Part shown: in pieces, positions 37,213 through 50,600 of the stretch | Layout of the letters: each line of letters starts with the position of its first letter | Numbering within the stretch: position 1 is the first letter of the stretch | Source: Octopus bimaculoides | Lineage: Eukaryota | Direction: 5' to 3' | Assembly (NCBI RefSeq): GCF_001194135.2 | Contig: NC_068987.1 | Location: 62,332,522 to 62,396,521, forward strand | DNA length: 64,000 nt | Translations under genes and position numbers: made by a program | Notes under the pieces: generated by a model | What the model was told of the DNA's origin: nothing | Databases searched by the model: none | The model's input: only the letters and a program-made list of their open reading frames with translations

Positions 37213-37484
37213 ACACATACACACACATGTATGTATATAATACATATACCAGTATCAGTGTTTGTAGCGTTTGCATATATAGTGTTTCATTTTTGGCTTT
37301 CCGGATTTTATTCATCGAAATTCTTTAATAAATAAAATCTTGTTTCCAACCTTGAAAGCCTATTCACTTGAATTTATATATCAATTAGTTAGCCCTATAA
37401 AATATATTAGGTTTTCATCCTAAAATATATCGGCTAGTTTAATGTTGAAACACTTGTTCCATAACAGAACTAATAAACATAGAC

Positions 37485-37553
<69 letters not shown>

Positions 37554-37559
37554 TATTAC

Positions 37560-37990
37560 AAAAGAGCAAATAAGTGGTACGAACATAAGTCCGAAGGCAT
37601 CATTGAAAATGATGATGCAAAGATCCTATGGAATTTTATGATTCAGTCCGACCATGAGATAGAGAATAGGAAACCAGACATATTGTTAATTGAAAAAGAA
37701 AGCAAACGATGCTGGATCATATATATAGCATGCATAGCTGATAACAAGGTATGCGATAAGGAAGAAAGAGAAGTCGATAGATATGACAGGTTAGCTTGGG
37801 AGGTTAAGCAGTTGTGGTCGATGAAAAAGGTGGTAGTAGTACCAATAATTGTCGGAGCCCTGGGGACAGTGAGTAAAAATCCTTAGAAGTACATGGAACA
37901 AATAGGGGCTGTAATAAGGGTGGAGCACTTACAAAAAACAGCACTGCTTGGAACCGTTTGAATACTCCGGATGATGCTCAAAAAATAAGG
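37560..37990 (+). mobile_element. R4/Dong-type non-LTR retrotransposon REL endonuclease fragment
   Basis: WYEHK...KILWNFMIQSDHEIENRKPDILLI...IIYIAC...EREVDRY..LAWEVKQLW...VVPIIVGALG (PD..D REL motif). Confidence 0.85.
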
Positions 37991-38292
37991 GGTGTTACCT
38001 TAGTTCACTGGTGGTGAACAGCTGGCGCCATAGTACATCTCCAGCGTTAGAAGCTGTGCAAAGACAATAAATAATCATAATAATAACAATAATTCTTACT
38101 ATAGACACAAAGCCTGGGGACTGGACTGGCCGATTACACCAACCCCAGTGCTCACCTGGTAATTGTTTTATCGTCCTCGAAAGGATGAAAAGCAGAGTCA
38201 AACTCGTCGGAATTTGAACTCGGAGCGCACAGACGGATGCAATACCGCAAAGCATTTTATCCGGCGTGTTAATGATTCTGCCAGCTTCCCCT

Positions 38293-38408
<116 letters not shown>

Positions 38409-38619
38409 AAAGCCTTTAATATCTGCAACTAATGTGTAACAACTTATCCTTTCCTCTCTACCTGAGTATTCGAAAATGTAAACATCATCGTCCTTTTAAT
38501 TCTAAGAACACTACCATTTCTCTCTGTGCGGTTATACAATAGACCATATTTAGTAAATCTCTATAACTTGTTTTCTTTTCTTTTTGACTCACCCTGTGTG
38601 TTCGAAAATGTAAACATCC

Positions 38620-39460
38620 TTTTCATTGCAAAAGTCCTACTGTATTCTCCAACTAGACAGATAAACGAGCATCTCAAGAAAACTTAAAAACTTTAATATA
38701 TTACCCAAATACGTAAATACACCTTTTATTGCAACAACACAATTGAATTCAGAAATTCAAAACTTCAACGACGTGNNNNNNNNNNNNNNNNNNNNNNNNN
38801 NNNNNNNNNNNNNNNNNNNNNNNNNNNNNNNNNNNNNNNNNNNNNNNNNNNNNNNNNNNNNNNNNNNNNNNNNNNNNNNNNNNNNNNNNNNNNNNNNNNN
38901 NNNNNNNNNNNNNNNNNNNNNNNNNNNNNNNNNNNNNNNNNNNNNNNNNNNNNNNNNNNNNNNNNNNNNNNNNNNNNNNNNNNNNNNNNNNNNNNNNNNN
39001 NNNNNNNNNNNNNNNNNNNNNNNNNNNNNNNNNNNNNNNNNNNNNNNNNNNNNNNNNNNNNNNNNNNNNNNNNNNNNNTAAATGTGGTACTTAAAATGTT
39101 TGAGGCACCAGAATTTGGTAGGATAAAAACCAAAAACAAAATCAAGAGATTTGGTGAATAAAACTTGAAGTAAAGCAACAAAAATTCAATAGGTTATAGC
39201 AGTACGTACGTTTCGTACAAGCTCCATTTATTCATGTAGTGATAACACTACAGAAAATACAATGAAAACGTACTCCTCAGCTGCATAAAGGAATTTCATT
39301 TTAGAAAGTCATTTTGAAGATGTTTGCAAAAAACAAGAGTAAGAGAAGAAAACACCTCTTGACTATGCTGCTGTTTCACAGACAAGTGAATCAAACAAGA
39401 ATTTAAAATCTAATTGTAGAGATAGTAGTAATTTCAAATTTAGAGGAAGGCAGGTTAAGT
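38620..39460 (+). mobile_element. Probable Penelope-like remnant spanning a gap
   Basis: Linker-like TSISRKLKNFNILPKYVNT before the gap; TKNKIKRFGE after it; 39165-39460 is homologous to the reverse complement of 21373-21700. Confidence 0.5.
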
Positions 39461-39989
39461 ATATTATTGTTATTTTTTTCTACCAGTAATTACAAACAGA
39501 ACAGGTTGAATTGCTTCTTTTCAAGGCACCGCTCCCGTATCCACTGGTAGTAGTAAACACATTTGACCTCTCCTGACCTAAAGGGTGTGAAGAGTACTTT
39601 GTCTCTATGGCTGACCTCCGCACCATCTGCCGAATCTATCTATAGACCTGTAGAATATGATCTATTCACCAAACTGATGCCCAACTTTTCCCTAAAACAA
39701 CGGTGGTGATGGTGGTAATGATAAAAGTAGAAATAATAATAATATGCAGCAGCTGCTAATACTAAATACTACTAACACTACATTAACACTACAACCACTA
39801 CTATTATGATAACACAGGAATCTGAGGCCCAACTACCACCCTTACCACTACCACCCTTACCACTACCACCACTCACACTGCTGTTGCTGTTGCTGCAACC
39901 ACTGCTGATATTACACATAAAAACAATAATATCAGTGATGTCAGTGATGATAATAATGATAATAATGAAAGGAAACGGGTGGAGCCTCC

Positions 39990-40636
39990 TCCTCCTCATG
40001 AGCTGATTAATGATACATCTAGTGACGGTGTCAATAAAAACACTGGTGATAATGAAATTGAAGCCAATGATGGTGACAGTGTTACACCCGGTAGGCTTAG
40101 AGATTCTGGTCCGGCTCCAGCCTGTCGATATTCAGAAAGAGACCACCACACACGGCATAGATGGAGCAAGCAAATTAATGCTGTGGTCATGGAGTGTTCC
40201 TACCTGAGCAGCCCGGTAGATGAAAATGGTGCTCAAATTAGCGGTTACCGACAACGTATGCATGATCATTGGAGAGAAAAGGGATTCAACTTACGGAACA
40301 GAGACTATGTGATCAAGTCACAGCAATAAGGAAAAATTGTTTGTTCACAAGTCGAAACTATCAAAAGACGGGTCATGGAAAATAGCAGCAGAGATAACAA
40401 TGAAAATACAGTTCTTACTAATAAGAATAATCCCATAGTACAGGAAAGGCGCAGTTGTAGTTTACTTGATGAGAGACATATAGATGATCTAAAAGAAGAC
40501 AATAAAACTAATGACGAAATAACAGATGAACAAAAGGCAATCTACGACAGAATAAAAGTAAGACAACAGGAGAACGTTAGCGACATTATTTGCAACCTTA
40601 AAAAGGTTGATCGATGGAAATTGAACCAAGAAATTG
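39990..40636 (+). mobile_element. R4/Dong-type LINE N-terminal ORF fragment
   Basis: RHRWSKQINAVVMECSYLSSP...GYRQRMHDHWREKG...LKKVDRWKLNQE resembles the R4/Dong N-terminus (recalled motif). Confidence 0.65.
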
Positions 40637-40658
40637 AACCACTACGCCATATGCCCGT

Positions 40659-40741
40659 GGGCATATGGCGTAGTGGTTAAGAGCGCGGGCTACTAACCCC
40701 AAGTTCGATTCCAAGCAGTGACCTGAACAATAATAATAATG

Positions 40742-40793
<52 letters not shown>

Positions 40794-40809
40794 CAACAAC
40801 AACAACAAC

Positions 40810-40864
<55 letters not shown>

Positions 40865-41035
40865 TCGAAAAATACCTTAGGAATGAGCACCGAGGTTCGA
40901 AATTTCCCCAAGACAACTGAAGAAGGCTGGTGGGTATATCAGCCGAAACGTGTTAACAACAAACAAGATGAGGACAAATATCCGTCGAATGTAAATAATG
41001 TACATAATTCTTCATCTCTTAAATATAGAACTGTG
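40659..41035 (+). mobile_element. tRNA-headed SINE family C with an (AAT)n core and a hammerhead-like 3' tail
   Basis: A box TGGCGTAGTGG, B box GTTCGATTCC, (AAT/AAC)n, then CTGAAGA-A-GGCTG..CAGCC-GAAACG at 40917-40950. A deleted second copy lies at about 60700-60910 (minus). Confidence 0.8.
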
Positions 41036-41843
41036 AGAATCTGAATTGTTAATTATAGCTGTTCAAGAACAATCTATTAGGACCAATTCTATAAAGGCAA
41101 TGATTAATTAAAACTCAGTCGGGGAACAAATGCAGAGTTTATGGAACTGGAGTTGTAAGTATTAACCATTTCTTAAGTGAATGCAACGAACTAGTACAAA
41201 ATCAGTATAAAGTAGTACATTAGGATGTTAGTGGAGTGTGTGAACTAAGAAGAGTAGAAAAGTGATGTGAATATGAGCCAGACGCTGTGATGGAGAATAG
41301 TAATTATAGTATTTTATGAAATTATTCCATAAAGACTGAGCATATTATTGAGAACAAAAAATAAGTGTACCATCATTGATTTTTGCCTTTCATCGTTTCG
41401 GGGTCGATTAAATAAGTACCAGTTACGCACTGGGGTCGATTAAATAAGTACCAGTTACGCACTGGGGTCGATGTAATCGACTTAATCCCTTTTTCTGTCC
41501 TTGTTTGTTCCCTCTATGTTTAGCCCTCTGTGGGCAATAAAGAAATAAATATTGTATGATCATAGAATGGATACCGAATAAATTGAGAAAAGTGAGAAAT
41601 ATCAGAACCTACCCAGAAAGAGGACAGAGAAGCTGAAGGATATTCGATTTGAGACATGCAGAAAAGTACTGGTCTGTATTCTGCAAGAGTCTAAGAGTCC
41701 TAAGAAAGATTCTTGAGATTTGAGGAGACTGGTCACTGAAACTTAAGATAGGATTTCTGAAAACAGATTTAGCATTTGAGTAATAATGTCGATGATGATG
41801 ATGATGAAGAAGATGATGATGATGATGATGATAATGATGATGT

Positions 41844-41876
<33 letters not shown>

Positions 41877-43090
41877 CGATGACGATGACACCGACGACGA
41901 CGACGATGATGACGAGAACGATGATTTCTTTATTGGCCTAAGGCATTGGTAACAATACAAGGAAGAAAGACACATAAAAATGGGGTTTACAACTAGTAAA
42001 AGAAATAAAGAATTTCCATAAATTAAACAAAAAATTCCCCTAAAAAACAACCCGTCATCGATAGTGAGAAGATTACCAAGGAAACTCGGGGGGAATTTCC
42101 CACTCAAAATCCCGAATTACTTTGTCACATCCAAGACATCAAAAGTACTATCTCTATGTTTCTTTTTCCCAACTTACAAAAACACACACTGGTTAGGTCT
42201 ATTCAGCCTCGTACTGCGTTTTTTTCTCTAACCTTTCCTCTCTAGAATATTCCATTTCTGTTCCCATCCTTACCTTACAAACTCCAGTTCAAGATAAATA
42301 ACGGCTGCTTCGAACGCACTCGTCTAGGAATGGCTGTGAAGGTTAAGGGCGCTGTTCCTGCCACTAATTAAAAAAAGAAAGAAGCGAACGTAGTAAATAC
42401 AAATTGTAAAAACACGCCATCAAGGGAACTTCTGTTCAGTTGCTGAAGCTGCTGGAAAAGCTAGCTTAGTTAATAAAAGACACAAATAAGATGTCGTAGT
42501 CGTCCGACATATTCTTTATGAAAGCATAGAGGAAGAGGAGGAAGAGGAGGAAATGAAAAAGGATAGGAAAAATGAAGACGAAGAAGAATGAAGAGAAAGA
42601 AAATGGTTATAGAAGAAAAGTAGAAGAAAGAGGGGATGGTGGAAGGGCTAGTGTTGGTTATTGTTCCTCCAATTAAACTCGACTATTTTGTTATGTACAC
42701 TTAAATAAAGTAGAGTTAATATTATCTCGTTGGGTGCGCCGAAGGACCTATGGTTTAAATTGCGACATAGGCGTGGTTTTAATGGCCAATACGACGTATA
42801 ATCTAATCCCCAGCTGTACATAGATATCATAGGACACAAAAGTTTGTTAGTGTATAAACACGATCTAATCGACAAAGGCTATATTTACTGACATTTCTGC
42901 GTTCAAATATTATAATCGGTATAGGTTGATGTCTGCGTAGCTATAAGAATAACTGGCTGATGTTTATTATGATAACGTGTTCTGCACAGGCTACTCAACT
43001 ACTAAATCTATCTTGCTGTATAGCGAACCAACATTATGAGTGTTGCCAATATAATGAAAAAAAGATATTTCTGCGTGTATGTTTGTATAG

Positions 43091-43478
43091 TGGAGGCGCA
43101 ATGGCCCAGTGGTTAGGGCAGCGGACTCACGGTCATAGGATCGCGGTTTCGATTCACAGACCGGGTGTTGTGAATGTTTATTGAGCGAAAACACCTAAAG
43201 CTCCACGAGGCTCCGGCAGCGGATGGTGGCGAACCCTGCTGTATTCTTTCACCACAACTTTCTCTCACTCTTACTTCCTGTTTCTGTTGCGCCTGTAATT
43301 CAAAGGGTCAGCCTTGTCACACTGTGTCACGCTGAATATCCCCGAGAACTACGTTAAGGGTACACGTGTCTGTGGAGTACTCAGCCACTTGTACGTTAAT
43401 TTCACGGGCAGGCTGTTCCTTTGATCGGATCAACTGGAACCCTCATCGTCGTAACCGACGGAGTGCCAATAAACAAAA
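43091..43478 (+). mobile_element. Full-length tRNA-derived SINE family D with a 12-bp TSD
   Basis: ATGTTTGTATAG at 43079-43090 and 43479-43490; head GGAGGCGCAATGGCCCAGTGGTTAGG...GTTTCGATTC. Confidence 0.88.
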
Positions 43479-44789
43479 ATGTTTGTATAGGTGATGGGGA
43501 AAATATTGTAGTCTACAATATTTTCCCCACCATCTATACAAATTTAATCAAACTTATGGTAAAAAGATATTTCATAGATCATAAAACGCAACAGGTATTA
43601 CCTGTAACAAAACTATATTTCATTCTCTTCTAAATCAAAAGAACTTATATAACAGTTTTAAGTAAATGACGAGAGCTAGAAGTAACTTTTTGAAGAAGCC
43701 ATTCCAACTCACTTGAGCTGCTAATGCTCTTAAACGTCACAGAGATTAAAGTCAGTCATCACTCAACTAGAGAACAAAAGGCAAAACTACTTGGTCTAGC
43801 TGGCAATCTTGTTCTATCCCTTAAATAATAGACAGGGAAGACCGAGGAGATTTGATATGAGGAAGAATTGAGCTACTACCTCAGTCTAACAGTTATAATT
43901 ATGTACTGCAATCTAAATATTGTATCTAATGCTATCCTATTTTACATCAACTAAGCACATATGAACCAGTATTATGAAGATGTGATGAACAAAAAGCATT
44001 TAGTTTTAAAAAGCGCAGAACAGTAAAAAATAGATTTTAGAACTATAAGTGTGACGCTTTCCTTCAGTTTTATAGCAGTGGTTAGCTTCTTTCAAAATTT
44101 GTTACTGTCGTCTATAAAGTACCCTTTATCCTAATAAGTTTTACACAGCTTCATATAATTGTTTCCCTAAGACTAGTTTCAGAATGGTCGCCTTCAGTTG
44201 TGTTGAGTCACTGCTCATGAAAATAATTGATTTGTAGCCCACCTGCCCTCTTCCCAATCTTTACTATATGCATTACTCCCAGAAAATTAATGTTATTAAT
44301 TTGATTTCATTTCACACCACAAAGCAAGAAGAATACAAGCATAAGACAGAGCGGAGTAGTGCTGCAGATGTTCTCCAACGTACAGTAGAAGCCGTTTAAA
44401 GTAGACTCGATATCCAATTTGCAGTCATAGACTTCCGCGTTGATCGAATGATATTAACGCATTACATCGCTGAGCATAAAACATACATACGAAGATCTTG
44501 GATATTCAAACTATTAGTCATGAAACATAACATTTCCTCTAAAACTAGAAGCTGTGTTAACCATGATTATTAAAAATTAGGCAGTTAATTATTATGGGTT
44601 GTATTAAAGATAAATGTCGCAGGTATTATCTGTAACATGAATATGAAAACTGGAGGATGAACAAGGGAACTGGGGAAGCATTCTGGTTGGGTTTAAAGGA
44701 ACACCGGATCCTTGTAATTTATGCCCAAGAAGCAATATCTATTAGTCTGGTTTAGGATATTCAGTCGGTACACATTTAGCCGATTTTAC

Positions 44790-45420
44790 ATCAATTCAGT
44801 AAAAAGTCATGGAATTGTCGTTGTCTATAAGCACAAAACATAAAATTTGGATGAAACAGGTTGTACTACAAGTTTGGTAGTATTGAAACTGAATAAAGAA
44901 TTTAAGTTTGACTTTATGAAATCAGCAGCACTGCTCCCAACCATTTTCTTATTCATACGAGTCAAATATTGTAAACATTTTATTGGAAGCGTTCCTGTGA
45001 GATCTACAAGGATTGCTACAAGGTCAGAATGGATGAACGAAGAATTGTTTGTACAATTCTTTGATCTCTTTCGCCATTGTACATGTTGCCACTCAGACAG
45101 CAAGGTTTTGCTCATCATGGATAATCACTAATCTCATTCATCATTTCAAGCAGTGAACAAAGCAAAATCAAATGGCGTTGTTTTCTAATTTCATCCCCGA
45201 CAAATTTCAGTCATTATTCTGTGCAGCAGTTGATGATTCATACAAGAAAACATATAGGCATTTCATGAAAGCTTGAATGCATTCCATTCCAGTAAAAATT
45301 ATTACCATCTACGTCGTCCCTGTACTGACAGAACGAAGCATTTAAATTTTCTTGTGCCCCTCACAATGTAGCTGTTCGGTTTCAGAGTGCAAGTATGTCA
45401 CTCTACAACAGTGAGATATT
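44790..45420 (+). mobile_element. pogo/Tigger-like (DDE_1) transposase remnant
   Basis: NLDETG, then SEWMNEELFVQF...SKVLLIMDNH*SH...AVNKAKSNGVV. Confidence 0.65.
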
Positions 45421-48400
45421 CACAGACGACGATTATGTACCTGCTGTTCTCACTGACAGAAAACGTATACAGCCATAATAATCCCTGAACAGAAGTAAGA
45501 TTGTCAGGCAGCGGTCACCAATCGGAAACAGGATGACACCGTAACAGTTACTCAAGGAGAATAAGATAGCCTCATAATAGTCACTAGTAAGAACAATGAA
45601 AGTATGTTGCTACTGATGAAAATGAGAATGAGTATGAAGCATCCTCTTTACTTGAAGTCGCGCCCTTAACTGCTCAAGAAGTAGGGTATGTCCTACCAAG
45701 AGGGTTCAGAACACAAGAATTGCAGACAGACGGAAAGGTAGCACCAAAAGTGGGAACCGGAATCACAGCAGCACTTGATGTCTAAAACAAAAAGGCGCAA
45801 ACAAATCTTCTAGTAAAGCTGACATCGATATGAAGCAACTATAAGGTGGAATTAAAGAAATGTTTATTGATACTGAGATGAATAACCCTTTCGGTTTTTG
45901 CAAGTGATAAATTTAAATAGGGTCCACCTAGGACATTACATTCTGTACCCATATCTATATTTACACCAGCAACTGTTAACAAACAGCTCTTTGACAACTC
46001 TGGTCATTCATGAGATTGACTGACAGTAAGTCCAAAAGAAGACTAAAGGAAGCAGGTATAGGTACGTGATTAAGAAGTTCGTTTCACAACCATATACTTC
46101 TGGATTCGATCCTATTGTGAGGCGCAAAGGACAAATGTTTTCAACTATAACTTCAGATTAACTAATATTTAGTGAGTAGAACATAATAGACGAAACCTGC
46201 GCAGAAGCTCGTCGTGTGTGTGTGTGCGCGTGCGTGCATGTGTGTGTAACTTTCGTCAGTATGTATATTGGCGAAAGATATCAAAATTGGCGAGAAAACT
46301 TTAAAAACTCGGCGCACTTCAAACACTATTTGTTGTGAATCAAGTTAGATATTCCTCAGAAATGCTTTACCTGTTGGAAACCAATCACAAATTATGATAC
46401 AAATAAATAAATAAATAATTCCCAGTAGGCCTGTTACCGCTCAAATAGCCTAAAATATTTCTAGCTATAAACTCATTATTCTACATCATATAAACCTAAT
46501 ACATTATAAATATTTAATTTTTTTTCAGATACGGAACTGTTTTGTAATTACATTATATGATGTTTCAAATCTTATATCAATTATAATGATGATAACGAAA
46601 TAAAATACAATAAATTTTACAGAAAAATGGAATGCTTTGACGTTCACGTGCTTCCAGGATCATTAACACAGTTATTGAATGCAAATTGTCTCAACAAGAA
46701 ATCAAATCCGACTCGTGCATATAGGCTACCAATGACTTTTCCCCACCTCTCACTCTTTTACATACACACACCAACATATAGTTATATGTATATACAGTGC
46801 CCATCTTCGGAAATACTTTTGTCAATAAAATATTTTCTTATTTAAACAATGATTGGGTGCAATTACTGATAGAAACAACGTACCGTAATACAATTAAATC
46901 GCCATATTATATTACATGTATTATTTTATTGACTCAGATATTTATTACAAGCAATTATATTATCGATCTCGGGAGATTCGAACTCAGCATATAGATAGAT
47001 AAGGTGAGATACTGTAAGGTATTTATTCCGGTATTATCATTTGGTTTACTTCTACTTGTCACTTTCTCAATTTGTTTTATTTGATTAGTATTGATTTCTC
47101 TTAATCAAATGCGTGATATGAGTTTTCCAGGATGCGATCAGATATGTGATTATATGGCATTCATGACATTCTCAAGAGTACATCATAAGCAAGTTAAGAA
47201 AAATACTTAAGATCCTTCTAACTGGAATTAAAAAATGAGATATAAAATAATGATTTAAGATACTTTTGTTAATAAAATATGAGATTGTAGTTTAGTTTTA
47301 GACAGATATTCCAAAAGAAAAAAATAAATAACACCGCCAGAGTCATCTTTATACCTATATGACGAAAATATTCATTTATTACAATGTCTTTTACCATTCG
47401 CACGATATGTTATGTCGCTTTTCCTAAGAGAATAGTATATAATTTTCTTTTCAGAATAGAAATAATTATTTATTGTTTAGTGCAAAGCAAAGTATAAGTT
47501 TGAATCCAACAACAATTTAGTACTTTTTATTTTATTTACGAAAAACAACGTTTTCCTCCCTCCCTCATTCATATCGATCTTAGGTGTATGACATCAAATT
47601 GTGTTAATTATTTGTTTTTCATTATCGCTTTGTCTTTTCTCCATAATCTGCAGCTGCACGTTCCAATATTTTTATATCCAATTGATAAAGCTCATGAACA
47701 GTTAAAGAATTTGGGTTACACTTCAGTTTTTCAGAGTTATGTGTAAACATAAGCGTAAAGAAAAGAAATGTGAAATGAAACAGAAGTGCAATCAGTGATA
47801 CTATTCCTTCAAATCAGAATGTTTTTCATCAGAGAAATTCAGTGAAACTGGCGAGAATTGGTATGTATAAAATCAAAATTTAGTGCGTATCAAAATACTT
47901 CTATTGCATAGTTAGGTTCCATTACCGATGGACAGCCAAAAGCTGTTTTCCTAGCAAAGAAAAAGAAGCTATATCATTAATTAATAGCGACAAAAAAATT
48001 ATACATAGCGAGAATGATAACATGACATATTAATGACATGTTTTGGATCAAGAAGTTAAACTATTGGAATGTTAGTCTGCATTTCTGAATATAAGCTGAC
48101 TTTGACTGCTGATTGGGTGGTGGGACCTGGCTGTGTAGCAGATTAATTCTACTGGAAAACAAAAGTTGGCTTCATCCTTACGAAGTAAAGCCTCACCAGC
48201 TTGAATGAGCTTCCCTAATAAAAAAAAAAGCTTTGCTAATTATTGAATTTTCTATTTAAATCCAGAGTGAAGTTTCAAATTCAGCTAAAGTTAAGTTGTA
48301 TTCTATATTCCGAAGGACTCTTCTCTTTTTTCATCATTTGTAGAGGCACATTTTAATATGAATATATCTCAACAATACAGTATATTCTGTTGCGATTGAA

Positions 48401-49599
48401 CTTCAGTCAACTTTAGATTCTTCGGACTTGAATACAAGCGAAAAAAGTCAGTTTTGAATGATGTTATAACGCATTTTTAATTATCAACACTAGAATAACT
48501 ATCTATGACCAAAGCATGGCTTCAAACAAAGACGGTATAGATAAATGGAGGGTTTCACCATGTGTCAATTTAATAATTGCCCACCACTAATAAAACAGCA
48601 TTCTTTTTCTACGTGAAATTATTATGCTTCTTCTGATTCCAAAATAACAACCGTTTTACCAAAGACAGAAGAAATTTGTTGCGAACATTGTGGCAATATT
48701 AAATATATAATAAAAGATATAAACGAGTTAACCAACTGAATGAGAATAAGTGCTCTTCTTTTCTTCTCAAGGAAAGAGAAAAATTGTTAAATGATGTTCA
48801 CAGACGTAAAAAATTTTTTTTATTATAGGCACAAGGCCTGAAATTTGGGAGAGACGGATAATCGATTACATCAACCTCAGAATTCACCTAGTACTTATTT
48901 TAGCAACCGCGGAAGGGTGACAGGCGGAATTTGAACTCAGAACGTAAAGACGGACGAAACACCGCTTAGCATTTCACTCGGCGTGCTAACGATTCTGCCA
49001 GCTCACTGCCTTATGGATGTAAATAATGACAACAGTTTACCGAAATGGATTCTTATATATACAGAAGGAAGCAATGAATAAATTATTTTGAAATGTTTCG
49101 GTTGGATACTGTAAGCTACCACACGAGTGTATCGTCGATACACTTACTGAGTAATAAGTCCAGTGGCCTCGAAAATACCAGTGGAAAGCGTGCAAAGCGT
49201 TATGAAAGACCGATGAACCAAGTGTCACACTAAATGGATGTACTTGTAGCTATTTTATCTTATCTTCCTTCATATGAGATGCTACATCCTACAAAACCTT
49301 TCCAGGAACCAATAAGCATTGTTCACCGCTATGGGAAGCCGGATATGTTATTTTGATTATTATTATTTAATCTAAATCCTTTCGAGGTTAATAAAAAAAA
49401 AAGTACAATCTAAATCCTGTGGTCAATGTAATTGACTGACTCACTCCTCTGAAGTTGCTGGCCGTCTGTAAAAATTTGAAACCTTTAAGCTAAATTAATT
49501 TGAAATTGTTGAAAAAGTTGTATCAAGAACCATATAACCGGCCAAATTTGATTTCCAGATTTTTTAGTTAGAAACTGGAGATGTTAAAAGACATTATGA

Positions 49600-50600
49600 A
49601 AATGAATATACTAGTATAAGTCAAATCCTTAGTTTATTCAATTCAATTCCAGGCGCTGATAATCTTGGAAACACAAGTTGCACTTCATTCGGCAGATGAT
49701 TTCAATATCTTTTTCTGTAGAATTTTCACCGAAGAATTTAGAACTGTCGGATCAAAGATCAAAGACAGTACACATAGATAGAGTGTTTCACTTTTTATCA
49801 ACTTAACTATTGCTTGCATCTGATAAAACAGTATTCCTTGTCGAAATTCACGGCTATGACATTTAAACAAATTTGTATGAATATATTCGATGTATCATTC
49901 TGTATATGTAATAAACTATTTGAGTAAAATGTTGGCATTATGTGCACCTGTGGACATCATATGCCAACCTTTCCCCTTTCCCTGGGAAGAAAAGGATAAA
50001 GCGCACTGAATTACAATTATCGTTCAGTTGGCTAATCCGTTAAAAACTTTGACCAATAGTTCTGTTTTTAAAGTGTAATTTGCACGGTCTTTGCAACAAT
50101 CTCAAACAAGATACAAGACACTATCGAGTATGTGAGGGTGTGTTTGGATCAACCAACCTATTCTCACTGTTGTTTCCACAGGACTAGCTGCATCATTATA
50201 AAACCTGTGAGTATACAGCCCATGGACCGTTTCATATTGTACTTTCCATTGACGTATTATGTTTGCAGCACTGATGTCAACAACGAACTACTAAAAATAG
50301 TAATTCGTGACTGTGGTTTGATCTGTTTGACTGAAAGACTACAACTATCGCGGTATATGTATGAAGATGCTATCAACGTATGTTGTGGTCTTTTGCAAAA
50401 TGATTTACCTTTTGCTAGCATGATTATTTTTTCTTTAACGATTTTTTACAGATACATACTCTCTTACAATATGCCTATAGAGCTGCTGACACAACATAGA
50501 TCCAACTTATTCTTCATTTTGGTAAATAATGACAAAACTGAGACTTACCATAAATTCATTAACACAAAACCGAGAGGATTGTGAAAGAGGTTCTATATTT
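49600..50600 (-). mobile_element. Possible highly degraded DDE transposase remnant (superfamily unassigned)
   Basis: Frame-switched HFK/NRTIGQSF...FFPG(K)GKG..D resembles the FKN...HGKGxxD motif of some eukaryotic DDE transposases. Many stops; weak evidence. Confidence 0.3.

Noticed and set aside
40659-40725. Functional tRNA gene (also 43091-43160 and 32480-32546)
   Set aside because: A and B boxes are present, but the acceptor and T stems do not close and the sequence runs into SINE bodies.
41400-41463. 32-bp tandem duplication
   Set aside because: Simple slippage between the two GGGGTCGAT words inside a SINE B copy.
50132-50584. 150-aa plus-strand ORF as a host gene
   Set aside because: No recognisable domain; probably antisense to a decayed transposase.
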